Source: the human T2T-CHM13v2.0 reference genome, Homo sapiens. From it: a DNA stretch of 64,000 nt. Where the stretch lies: positions 38,528,001-38,592,000 of the forward strand of contig CP068257.2 in NCBI GenBank assembly GCA_009914755.4, read 5' to 3'. A program made the position numbers and the translations under genes. The notes under the pieces are model-generated. The model was given only the letters and a program-made list of their open reading frames with translations, was not told the origin of the DNA and ran no database searches. This document shows positions 1-13,738 of the stretch, piece by piece; the stretch's first letter is position 1; every line of letters begins with the position of its first letter.

Positions 1-486
1 TCTCCCTCGGTCACTGGTCTGGAACCTCCACAGGGACAGACACAGCAACCTTGGTGTTTCCCATGAGCTCAGTGTCGAGTGGGTGTTTGGCAAATGTGTC
101 TACTGCAGGACCAAGGAGGGCGGGGGGGTTCTTCTAGATTGCCTCCCATGGCTGGTACTGCTCCAGGTACTACATGTGGCAACAAAGGCATGAGGTCTGC
201 TCTCAGTCCTGAGAAACACATGTTAGGGACACAGTTAGGGACATGCAGAGCTAAGGCTCAAAGGCCTATGCTCGCTGAGCCAGTAATGCTTGTGCTGCTC
301 ATGTGTCTTCTTGCCTTTACTGTTGCACCAACCGTGGAGGCTGCTGCCACCTGTGGAGCCCTATGTTTACCTGCATGGGGACAGGGGTCTGCCTGGTAGA
401 ACAGATCCAGGTGGTCCTGAGCAGGGAAGGGATAGGTCCTTGACCGCATTTGCCCAAAATTAGAGGTGAGCACTCATCAGGGATCA

Positions 487-820
<334 letters not shown>

Positions 821-1160
821 CCAAACAAGAGGGAAGGTACTGTCCAGTGACGGGGGGTGCAGGAGGGGGCTGGAAATGGAGGGCAGGGGAGGAGGCAGGT
901 GTGGGCCCCCCAGGCTTGGGACAGAGACAGTGAGCAGGCTTCCAGAGGCCTTTCCTGCTGGGGGCTGCAGCCTCGCTCTGCCCCAGCACACTCACGCAGC
1001 CCGGCCCAGCCTGGTGGGCACCACTCGCAGCCTGAGGGCGAAGACACTGAGGTGTTGCTGCAAGAAACTTGTGGCCCCAATCTTATGTCCACTTGAGAAA
1101 GTCGTTTATTCAAAGCCTTGCCCTAAACAAACAGGAACATTTTGCCCTACCACTTGAAAT

Positions 1161-1184
1161 ACACACACACACACACACACACAC
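1161..1184. repeat. (AC)12 microsatellite
   Basis: The sequence is ACACACACACACACACACACACAC. Confidence 0.95.
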
Positions 1185-1262
1185 GATAAAGAACAAGGAA
1201 AAGAGAGAGGAGGAGAAGGGGAAGGAAGAGGAGAAAGAGAAACAGGAGACAAAACGGGAGGG
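1185..1262. repeat. Purine-only GA/GAA-rich tract abutting the (AC)n
   Basis: The sequence is GATAAAGAACAAGGAAAAGAGAGAGGAGGAGAAGGGGAAGGAAGAGGAGAAAGAGAAACAGGAGACAAAACGGGAGGG. Confidence 0.85.
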
Positions 1263-1626
1263 CCCTGAACTTCCTGGCCCCCTCCTGAGTGCCCCCCTCC
1301 ATGTGCCTGGGCACTCTTCCCACACCCACTTACAGCACAACTACAGGAAATTTAACGTTTCCCCGCGGAGTTCTATTTGGGAAGTAGGAAGAGGCCAACA
1401 TTTTAGAATACATATCACACAGAATGTTCTAGATAGAGATGGAGGTTTTGGTGCTGCCTGCAGAGCCTTGACATAGACATAATTAGGAAAATACATCCAT
1501 GTTGAAATTTCCCAAGTGCCGCCCCCGCCTAGGCTTCAACTTGGGTTTCGAAGGTGTGTGATGTTTTAAACAAAGAGACCTGTTCAAATGTCAGATGAGG
1601 GATGACAGAAAAGGGGAAAGTGTCTA

Positions 1627-1974
<348 letters not shown>

Positions 1975-2694
1975 TCAATATGCAAGCAAAAAATTGCACT
2001 CAACCCCAAAATGAAAGAAAAAATAACAAAGATCACTTCCCTGGAAAAATCTTATGATAACTCAGTGCTCAGTAAAATATCATGAGTCAATGCATATATT
2101 CTAATGGATTCCATAGTCTCTCTTTCCAACTTAGTTTCTTTACTTTTAGGACAGTTGTTGGGACTTGAGTCGTGTACCCTTCTTAATTTTATTGCCTGAG
2201 TAGAAAATCATTGTTTGTCTGATTTATTTTCCCCTTACTCTTGGAAGTTACTTCTTTAAGTTGCATTTACTTTATAGAGTACGGTACCTCTGTATTTAGT
2301 AATATCTGGCATATAAATTGGAAGCTGAACCATTGTAAAGTGCTAAAAAGTAGAAACATAATCATAGATTTCTCCTGTCTCATCCTCATCCCTTTCTCTA
2401 GAGGGAAGAGAGACCATAGACAGGTCAGAAGAATATTGAAAATATTTTTAGTACTGAGCTTTTGTAAACCTTAAATGTTGGCGCTGGGGCGGTGCAAAAT
2501 ACTGGCTGAGACACGCATCTTAATGAAAAATGAGCATTGAAGCAAAAACAAAGGCATATTTAACGACTATTGCAATTATGAAGATAGACAATTCCAGTGT
2601 TCAGGCTGCAAGTCATTGAAGACTCCTCTCCTCGCAAAAATTGTCAGATATTACAGGTGCAAGTCCTATCTGCCTCCGCAAACCTGTGATCAAG

Positions 2695-3040
<346 letters not shown>

Positions 3041-3568
3041 TCAAAGCTACCACTTATTGCTACAAATAACCCCATATCTTAACTTCCTGCCTAAAACACT
3101 GTGCCTCTGGATACCAGGGTTCTCTATTTTCAAGCACTACTGGAAATTTGAGCTTCTGGGTTATTCTCAGTGACATGGTGGAAGGGCTAATTAATTTATC
3201 TCGGCCGCTAGGGGGCGATCGATCACTGTGCAATCTGAAAATTCCTTTTCTCTGTACTCAGAATGCTTGAAAATAGGAAACAATGAAAAATAAAATAAAT
3301 TTTAAAAAACCTTCTTAACATTTGGGAGAAAGTTTTTTAGCAAATAGCATTTCTGCATTCTCGTGAGACTTCTGCAGTAATAGAGAGAGCCTTGTTTTCA
3401 CTCCAGAAAAGCCCAATTCTTGTACCTGAAATGAATGAGGAAGAGTCTGAAAAGGGAGGGACTTGCTGGCTTTGCAGTCCAGCCCTGCCCCAGGGCGGGC
3501 AGATCAGCGGGGTGGGCGAGGTCACGAGGGAAGGCTTTTCCACCCGAGACCCCAGGCCCTGCAGGTCA

Positions 3569-3916
<348 letters not shown>

Positions 3917-4713
3917 CTAAACAGGAGAGAAAAGAACACACTAAAGAAGTCTTGAGGTAGGACAAGAGCGAAATCAACGCCCACACCCACGTAGGAAAGC
4001 AGAAATAAAGTGGAGTCATCGCCACGATGCTGGGGCGGTGGTCCGGTAGCAGCCGCAAACCCACGTACAGTGCAACTTGGTCTGTGCCAGGCACCCTTCC
4101 TTTACCTGTGAATGCATCCGGCCCTCCCAGCCCCTCTGAGCCACTGGACCGTCAATGGACACAGGAGGTCACCTGAGTATGCATGGCAGGAGCGGAATCT
4201 GAACATGGGTGTTGGGCCCCAGAGCCTGCGCTCTCATTCTGTCCTTCATGATGTACTGGTTGACTTGTCTAACTGGCGAGAAAGTGTCAAAATACAGATC
4301 ATGTTTGTGGCGTCTCCAGGTACGCTTACGACCGGGTGAGACTGACCCTCAGGCCTGCACCCAGCAAGAACTCTCGGGCTCGCTGCTGTGTGCCAGGCCT
4401 TGTTCCAGGCACCAGGGAATAGAATTGAGTTTGGAAATGTAAGAAGACAAAAGAAAAGACCCCCGTCCTCATGGAGCTTACATTCTAAGGAAATATCCCA
4501 GAATCACAGTGTTTCCAGGTTGAAAACTGGCATGGGAAGGTGAGTGCACACCCAATAGGAAGGTAATCTCTTTCATGAAGCCCCGAATCATTCTGGAATG
4601 ATTTGGGGGTGATTAAATGTGGGGCAAGAGAGAGGCTGGTGCTAACTCCACCCTGCTGATGTGAAGATGGTCCACCAGGTCAAAGTAGGATTTAGGCTGA
4701 TGCGTAGGACTCA

Positions 4714-5097
<384 letters not shown>

Positions 5098-5114
5098 TCA
5101 GGCAGTCAACAGAT

Positions 5115-5222
5115 ATGTGTGTTTATGTGTATGCGTGTATGTATACATACACACATACATGTGTATGTATGTATACATGTACATATGTATGTATATACAT
5201 ATACACGTACACACATACATTT
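5115..5222. repeat. Compound (TG)n/(TA)n/(TATG)n simple repeat
   Basis: The sequence is ATGTGTGTTTATGTGTATGCGTGTATGTATACATACACACATACATGTGTATGTATGTATACATG... Confidence 0.9.
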
Positions 5223-7789
5223 AAGTACAAACTATGGATCTGGATCTCTCAAGCCTCTGAAAGCTTTCTCCGTCCTGAAAGTGTTTATAATCGACCTGCA
5301 GAGAGGAAATAAGCACTTAAGAACCTGTAGAGAACTATGAAGTGTGGAAATGCATGGTAAGAAAGTGAAGGCCAGCAGGCATCTAGAAAGTGTGAGTATG
5401 GGTGGTCTGAAGTGGTGGGAAGACTCAGAGCCCAGGTGGGCTTGACGGAGGGGGGGAGGTGGCGGGGCACGGCTCAGAGAAGTAGAAGGATGATGGGGTG
5501 AGTGGAGCCTGCAAAGGGTGCACACCTGCCCAGCGGTAAGTCAGGAGGGAACGGACAGAGTGGAGCAAGACCTTGAAAACCTGCCAAATGTGACCGGGGG
5601 AGGGCAGACAATGAGAAGTCAGAAGAAGGTTTCGAGCTGATGAACAGCATTGATGGATTCAGCAAACACTTATGGATTGCCTAATAATAACTTCCCAGGG
5701 GATTCCATGCCTCAGCCTGTCATTAGTAATAAGTCTGACTTATCCAAGAGCAGTAAAATCATTTTTGTTTTTCACAGCAAGTTTCTCCATTTATGGTTTT
5801 CTTGGACTCCACTTGCTTTTCCCAACAGCCAATCTAATTTAGTATATTCATGGTGCCAGCAGGTGTCAGTGAAACAGTCGCGTAAACCATTTATTTATTT
5901 GTATCTGTTGGCTCGGAGTTAGACCCTGGTGGAAGAGCTCATACCTTTTTTATTATAAACAAATGTCTATGCTCCTCTGAATCCACAGATGTGCTGGCTT
6001 TTGCATTGATGAGCTATGGCTTTTCTCACTGTTTAGAAATAGATTTCAAGATTCTATGTTTTGAAAATTCAATTACTCTATGTGAAAATTGTTTTGCTGC
6101 AACCACTGAATTACATTTATGTGACCTAATTAATTAATCAAATGAATTTCCCTGTAAACGTCACCTATAAGTCAAATTTACCAACAAAGAGATTTCCCCT
6201 ATTTTACCTAGTGTTTTAATGTTAGATATAGTGACCCAAATAAAATAATATTATTTTTTAAATGAGATTTACATCCATTAAATATTCTAATTGTTCAACT
6301 GGCTCCCGGTGAGGCTTTAAGCCTCCCTAAGACAGCAAGTTGGATTCACAGTATGGGGGCTGTGGAGTCAGGTCAAGAAGAGTAGACAGTAAAGTCAAAT
6401 GCCTGTGAGAAAGTGTTTTCATAGAGCCACCAATTTAGCTAAATCCTCCACAAGAATGAAGGGACCTGCTTGCTGACATGTAGTTCCTCCAGTTTGGGGG
6501 GATTAATCCTGCCTGTGATCTGTTTGTACAGGTAGAAAGGAGAAATCTTCCCTTGTTTCCTCTCCATGGGTGAAAACCCATCCTAACTAGCTTAACTATA
6601 ATAGACAACGCAGGTGTTTTTGTTCTGTTCCATTTCAATATTTTGTTAAAAAGAAAAAGAAAATTCTTTACATTTTTCTTAGAAGAACTACATTTCAGTC
6701 CTGTGGTTCTAAAATAAAGCTTATTTTTTCTTAGTTGATACTTCTGCAAAATATTGTGTGGAATAATTATCTCATTTTGTTTTATAATAAAAGTAAACAA
6801 CCACCATTTCTATCCAATGCAATTCTATTCACATTTTGATGCATTTCAGTCTATTTATCTAAAGTAAAGTGTTTTGCCCCACATAGCTGTGTTTGTAGCC
6901 TGTACAATTTAGTGTCTGAGTTTTTCTTCTTCATTTAATATGCTATTATGATTATATTCCCATCTTTACTTCATAGTCTTTAAATATCATATTCCATCAT
7001 ATTGATGTTTTATTTTATTTAACCTTTTTTTAATTGTTGGGGATATTATTGTTTCCAGGTTTATTTACTACCACAAATGCTATGTTAGACACCTTCACAA
7101 TATAGTTTCTCTGTTTCTAAGTTTATTTATTGAACTCAAGTCCCAGAAGTAGATGACCATCTTATTTTTTAAGTCCATGTTTCAATTGGCTGTTAATGAG
7201 ATAGGGCTTTTTTGATTATTATTCTTCCAGATGTGCAATATCATAGGGTAAGTTAAGGGATTATATCACAAGGAACAAACAAGAGAGCTCTCCTCTATTT
7301 TTCTTAATATTCCAATTTTGAAATGAAATATATGGAGTAGAGTTATGCGTTATTTGATGGTAGTAGTGTTTTTACATCTTTTTTTTTCAGGGTGCTAATA
7401 TGATCTATAGTTTTCATGCAGAATAAATTGTTGCACCTGAGGAAGAAGTGAGATGTGTTTCTTATAAAGGGAACATATACTTTCAGTTTCATAGCTTGCA
7501 GGTCCCCAAACTATAAGGTTTAAAAACAGACTTAAAAGGTAGTGGGAGAGGATGGGAGCAGCAGCCAGTGGTTGCAAGCTTTCTCTGTGGGGTGATGCAA
7601 ATGTTTACAATTATGGCTACGGCTGCACATCTCTGTAAACATATGAAATACCACTGAATCATACACTTAAAATAGGGAATGCTATGGCATGCTAACTGTA
7701 TCTCAATAAAGCTGTTTTTTACAAAGGTAGTGTGCTAACTCATCTCTAGGTTATCTTTCTATTTCAATTACAACACTAACTGGCACCTC

Positions 7790-9230
7790 CACCATGATGA
7801 CCACCACCACCAATCAATGCTTACCACCTCTGCAGGTCACTGTCACCACTGCCAACATCAATGCCACTCCCTCAGGTCCCCCACACAGCCAAGCCACCAC
7901 CATCACTACTACCATCTTTACCACCATCATCACCACCAGCTTCATCTCTGTCAAAAATACTGTGAACACCACCACCACCAGCAATAGCATCTCTACCACT
8001 GACATCACCAACATTACAACCACCAGTATCAACATCACTGCCATAAAATTAACCTAATGGTAGAAGCACCTCTATCACTTCTTCCAACTTTACCACCATA
8101 TTTATCACAAACTTCACCAACAAACCACACTTTAACCTCCACTACTTCCATCATCATCCTTGATGTTACCACCATCACTGTCACTAAAAAGATGCTTCAC
8201 TTTATCACTATCCCAAAACCAACAACACTATCACCACCACCATCCATCACTCAATCACTATCCCAACACCAACACAACTATCACCACAACCATCCATCAC
8301 TCCATTACTATTCCAATATTAACATCACTACCACCGCAAATATCCATCACTCCATCACTATTCCAACACCAACATTGCCATCACCACAACCATCCATCAT
8401 TCCATCACTATCCCAACACCAATATCACTATCACCACAACCATCCATCACTCCATCACTATCCCAACACCAATATCACTATCACCACCACCATCCGTCAC
8501 TTCATCACTATCCCAATACCACCATCACTATCACCACCACCATCCATTACTTCTTCACTATCCCAACACCAACACCACTGTCACCACAACATCCATCACT
8601 CCATCACTATCCCAACACCAATACCACTGTCACCACAACATCCAATACTCCATCACTATCCCAACACCAACAGCACTGTCACCACAACATCCATCACTCC
8701 ATCACTATCCCAACACCAACACCACTGTCACCACAACATCCATCACTCCATCACTATCCCAACACCAACACCACTGTCACCACCACCATCCATCGCTCCA
8801 TCACTATCCCAACACCACCGTCACTATCACCACCACCATCCATCGCTCCATCACTATCCCAACACCACCATCACTATCACCACCACCATCCATTACTTCT
8901 TCACTATCCCAACACCAACACCACTGTCACAACATCCATCGCTCCATCACTATCCCAACACCAACACCACTGTCACCACCACCATCCATCACTCCATCAC
9001 AATCCCAACACCAACACCACTGTCACCACAACATCCATCACTCCATCACAATCCCAGTGCCAACATCACTATAACGACAACCATCCATTATTCCATCACT
9101 ATCCCAACACCAATATCACTATCACCACAACCATCCATCATTCCATTACTATCCCACACCAACATGAATGCCACCACAATGACCACAACTACTACTACCT
9201 CTACCACCTCCACTTCCACTTATTGAACAC
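7790..9230. repeat. G-poor, strand-asymmetric C/A/T minisatellite of about 1.4 kb; core 8190-9180 has about 20 copies of a 49-57-bp unit TCACCAC(A/C)ACATCCATCACTCCATCACTATCCCAACACCAACACCACTG
   Basis: The periodicity is visible in the raw sequence, with a 49-bp shift between 8581 and 8630. Units are interspersed with CACCACCACCATCC variants. The plus strand is almost devoid of G over 1 kb. It produces the spurious His/Pro/Thr/Ser-rich ORFs at 8057-9226 and 8160-9074. Confidence 0.9.
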
Positions 9231-12200
9231 TGTTTTTTCCCATTGTAATTGGTGCTTTATGTATATTATTTCATTTTCTTTCCCTAAAAAACCCCACACA
9301 GTATAAGTATGCTTCTTTACACATGAAGAAACAAAAGGTCAAATATGTTAAAACAACTATCTCAAGGCAAGTACAGGGTAGGAATTCTCCAAAGTTGTAT
9401 TTGGTATTAACCGCTCATAGAGCCTCAGAGAACTTTTCACCCTTTTGCAAAGTTTGTTAGTTTTGTAAAGTAATAGTATACATGGCATTTCTAATCAGAG
9501 GAAAATTTAATAGATCACATGAAGAGAAAATTGTATATTTTTATGCATAAAAGCAAGCAAAAATTCTTTATCAGGGAAAGTTTAAGTTACTTTATTAATT
9601 TGTAGATAGACTAGTCAGATTGAAATTTAGAAATGCATTTAAATTAAAGAAATCCTTGTGGATGTATTTTAAAACAACCTCTGAAAAAAATCCATAAATG
9701 TAGGGATTTTGTATATTAAGTGTAAGAAATGTTATGGCCTGTGGTTCAGGTTTTCGAAAATGACACTAGAGGCTCACTCTGAGTTATGGATGAGTCAGTA
9801 GGAGTGGAAGGTGTGCTTAGTGGAGACACGTGAATCCATTTGTCTGGCAGTGGGCTTCATATTCCCAAGGCAAATTAGTGCATAAGATCCTTAACTGGAA
9901 AATTGTTTTGAATGATGCTTTAGACATCTTTGCTTGGAGCATGTGTCTACTAGGAACAAAGGGAGATGGTTTTCTGGGATATAGAGAATATATCCTTATA
10001 GGGAAATGATCTTTAGAACACTGTATTAAGGTTGTTAATTAGCACTGTAGAACAATTGATACATGGGTGGAAATAATGGTTCACTTTCATGAAACTCAGT
10101 GAATGAGGTTAATGGTGGGGTAAGAAGAAAAGGAAAACAAGAAATCAGGTAGGGATCTGGAAACATATTTTGAATCTGAGTTGCATAATATTGGAGAAGA
10201 CAAATTTCCTAGGAAACCACTTTGACCATGCCTCTTTGATCTCTGTCTCCCGATCTCAGTAGTACCTGTTGTGAGATCTGATCGCTGCCTCATCTCTCAA
10301 GACTAATGCCTCCTGGGTGTTGCTTGCTCACCTGCGTTCCTCTCTGACTGCCTGAAAAAGGGTGGGGATCCCAACTGTCTTACATATTCCCACCTTATAA
10401 AAGCTGTTGTCAAAAAATGTTCTTCCTTCTTCTTTCAAAGAATACCCCCACTACTCCTTCTCTGCAGGCCAGCTCAGCTTCCAGCTCACCAGGGCTCTTC
10501 CCTAGACCACTCCCACCAAGAAGCCTTCTCCCTCCCTGGTCTCCACTGGCATTCACTGATCACTTCTACCTCCTCTAGTGGCCACCATTCTCAATGAAAC
10601 GTGGTTTCAAAGAATGTCATTGCAAGCTCTAGAATGCAAAGAACCCTACAGAATGAAATCTCACTTGTTATTTCCCCCTGTCTAAATCGGGGCTTCAACA
10701 CTGTGGATGTTCTCAGAAGATATTCTTGCAGATGGAGAAGAGAATGGTTTTGAACACACATGAGATGCAAAAAAAAGAGGTGGGTAAGAATGATCACAGG
10801 TACAGGTTTATAATCTAACTGGGTAAAGGACTGATAGCAAGGGTATGAAGTCAGAAGAAATTCCTTGACTGCAGACACATGGTTTAGCTGTTGAAGAGAG
10901 GCCTGGCTTAGCCACTACAGAAGTGGAGAACTCAGCAGTCTAGTGTGACAGCCGGGAAGTGTGGATTCAAGCTGAGAGTTGGCTTCCGCACTGGGACTTA
11001 GCCTGCTGGCCTACACAGAAGGATGACAGGTTGAGGCAGGATTTGGAGGGGTTGAGCTTCATTGCCCAGGCCCCACCAGGGATGAAAATAGCTTCTGATG
11101 AGCCAATTTATTTGGACACTGTCATTCATTTTTTTCCTTCTTAAAAGAAGGATTCCAGAAAGAGAATTTGCTCACTTACTCAGCCAGCCGGTGGGTTACA
11201 TGTTTTTATGATGATGGACCTGCAGATTTACAGCAAATCTCACCTGGTAACCAGTCATCTTAAGACAAATTAAAGGAGTCCTTTGAAACGTAAGCATATG
11301 GAAAAAAAAAAACACAAAAAAAACAAAAAACTAAGGGCTCCCTTCTACTCCTATTTAAGAACTCAATAAAACAAGGCCCTTTCCACAGGGAAAATGTTGA
11401 AATTTAGAAATGTGTTTAAGTTAAAGAAATCCTTGAGGACGTATTTACAAACAACCGACTTCTTTCCTAAGTGAGTGCTTTCTGTTTGCCTCTTCTCAAA
11501 TCCCCTTGAACGCAGTGCAAATCTAAGAGAAGGTCATGCCTGCTCCTTGTTAGGTTTCTCACACAAAGATTGTTTTTCCCATGTTGAACTTTACTCCCCC
11601 ATTCATTTGCCTTTGGATTCAGTAATGATCCTGATTTCTTCTCATTTCTTTCATTTATCTGCCATCTGTGGAATGCTCTCTCCCCCTTCCTAGCCTGGCA
11701 GGTTTTTTTCTCCTGTAGTCCTCCTCAACAGCCTCCTTTCATCCTCCCAGATGCCCTTTCTCCAGCTTCCAAATCCCTCCCAACCTCCACTTCCTTTAAG
11801 AAACCTTCTCTTTTGATCTCCATGACAACAGTCGCACCATGTCAATGTATTTGCACGGTGTGCAAGTGACTTATTTTATATGTCCTTCTCAATCAGTCGG
11901 CTGCAAGCCGCCTGTGGCAGATGCATCATCCTTTAAAGGGACAGTAAAACAGTAGACGTGCAAATGCTCACTGCACCTGCCTGGATGTGAATGATTAGAA
12001 CAGGCATCTCTTGTGCTGAAGACCACCAGCCATGTTCTGTTTCCCTCATGCCTCCTACCCCCTTCCCATTGAAAGGAAATGGCCTCTGCTGGATGTGCAG
12101 AATTCACCTGTTGGCTGGAGTCTGCTAAGAGCCTCACTGCAGAATTTCACGTTTGAAGAATGCTGCCTTTCTCAGGCATGCTGAATAATTTAGTTGGGAA

Positions 12201-12799
12201 ATGAATTGAACATTTTCTTTATAGATTCCTCCAAATCCACTTAAAATGTAATCTATCCTCATTTCCCTTATGTGACAAGTTGGGTGGACAGTCTTTTTCA
12301 TCTTTGTGCATTTTCTGCAGCCTCCCCTTACCTGCTTTCCAACATAAACAGTAGCCATTCCATAAGCTTGCTCAGTGAATGGGTGCATCACATTGAACAA
12401 ACCTTAACTGGGCATCTGTTCTACACAAGGCATGGCACAACCAGGGACACCTTTGAGTGAATCAGTGCTCAGAATACTGCCTGATACTTGCAGTGCTGAA
12501 GGTTTGCCCAGAGTACTATGGAGGGGCAAATCGTGGTCAGAAGGATTGCCAGAGAAGAGCATACTTCACCTGAGCTAAAGGGTGACTGGACATTGCCTTG
12601 GAGGGTACAATGCTGTCGCCAAAGCAATTGGCATACACAGCTGCACCCAGGTGCAAGGACAGAAGACACCCAGGAATGGAGAGAGGCTCAAGTGACTCTG
12701 GGGTGAGGTATCCATGGTGATCACAGGGGTGGGGGACGGTACAAGCACAGATGAAGCTAGGGACATATCTACGGGACAGAACCTATGGAGCCTGTATGT

Positions 12800-12962
12800 A
12801 GTGGTATGGTGCGCTACCAGCAACATCCACATCACCTGGAAAACTGTTAGAGCTGCAAGAACTGGGGACCCACTCAGAGTTCCTGAATCAGGAATAAACT
12901 CTGGGGGTGGAGCCTGGTGAGGTGTGTTTTAAAAAGCCCTCCAGGGGATACCAGTGCTCCCT
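12800..12962. mobile_element. MER5-like hAT-Charlie DNA-transposon relic
   Basis: The sequence CATCACCTGGAAAACTGTTAGAGCTGCAAGAACTGGGGACCCACTCAGAGTTCCTGAATCAGGAATAAACTCTGGGGGTGGAGCCTGGTGAGGTGTGTTTTAAAAAGCCCTCCAGGGGATACCAGTGCTCCCTGAGTCTGAGAATCACTG matches the recalled MER5A palindromic consensus (..CATCACCTGGGAACTTGTTAGAAATGCA..CTGAATCAGAA..TTTTAACAAGCCCTCCAGGTGATTCTGATGCAC..TTTGAGAACCACTG). Confidence 0.6.
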
Positions 12963-13325
12963 GAGTCTGAGAATCACTGTTGTTATCACTGGGAGTCACT
13001 CAGTGATTTAGATTTGGCTTTGCTGGGAGAGACTATTTAGTTAAAAAGCAGCAACTATGCATTCCCCCATTTCTCAGGTTAGCCAGTAGCCCATTTTCCT
13101 GGTTCTTGGCCAAACAAAAGGGAATAAATGCACATAAAACTGTTAGACCTTCCTGGTCTTGGGAGTAATTTAAAGATCTACCTTACTCAGCACTAAAGGG
13201 ATTCTGCTTTACAATAGGTATAGGGGTGGTGTGAGAACCAGCTGGCTATCTTGGTCCATGGACAATGGATTTTGAGGGGGCTATGTCAGGTCGAGGAGAC
13301 CTCTTACATTATTGCCTCAAATAAT

Positions 13326-13447
13326 TCCTTTCCTCTCCTCTCTCCTTTCTTTCCTCTCCTTTCTTCTTCCTTCCTTCCTTCCTTCCTCCCTTCCTTTCCT
13401 TCCTTCCTCCCTTCCTTTCCTTCCTTCCCTCTTTTTCTTTTATTTTT
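13326..13447. repeat. (TTCC)n/(CTTCC)n polypyrimidine microsatellite, equal to (GGAA)n on the minus strand, continuous with the tail of the minus-orientation Alu at 13448-13738
   Basis: The sequence is TCCTTTCCTCTCCTCTCTCCTTTCTTTCCTCTCCTTTCTTCTTCCTTCCTTCCTTCCTTCCTCCCTTCCTTTCCTTCCTTCC... It lies directly 5' (on plus) of the Alu poly-T. Confidence 0.9.
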
Positions 13448-13738
13448 CTTTCTTTTTCACAGGGTCTCACTCTGTCACCCATGCTGGAGTGCAGTGGTGG
13501 GATCATGGCTCACTGCAGCCTCAACCACCCCAGGCTCAAATAATCCTTCCACTTCAGCCTCCTGAGTACCTGGGATCACAGACATGTCACCATACCCGGC
13601 AAATTTTTGAACTTTTTTTGTAGAGATGGGTTTTTGCCATGTTGCCCAGGCTGGTCTCCAACTCCTGAGCTTAAATAATCTGCCCAACTCAGCCTCCCAA
13701 AGTGCTGGGATTACCAGCAGTGAACCACTGCTTCCGGT
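13448..13738 (-). mobile_element. Alu SINE, minus orientation
   Basis: It starts with T-rich sequence followed by CAGGGTCTCACTCTGTCACCCATGCTGGAGTGCAGTGG. It ends GCCTCCCAAAGTGCTGGGATTACCAGCAGTGAACCACTGCTTCCGGTC. Confidence 0.88.

Noticed and set aside
4380-4480. Recurrent 'TGTGCCAGGC...CCTCATGGAGCTTACATTCTA' type motifs (also near 23150-23300, 32230-32330) and MIR-like cores ('TTTGCAGATGAGAAATCATACAGAGAATCCAAG' at 36515-36560, 'GGAAACTGAGGCAGGAATTACAGGG' at 56025-56060).
   Set aside because: These are almost certainly ancient MIR or other mammalian-wide interspersed-repeat relics. I cannot assign family or boundaries confidently from memory, so I left them out of the feature list.
8057-9226. 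389-aa and 304-aa plus-strand ORFs rich in His/Pro/Thr/Ser/Ile (SLSQHQHHCHHN..., TITIPTP...).
   Set aside because: They are translations of the G-poor 49-57-bp minisatellite. Stop codons need G or A-rich triplets (TAA, TAG, TGA) and are simply rare in a C/A/T-only plus strand. The period is not a multiple of 3, and the antisense frame also gives a spurious ORF (7814-8044).
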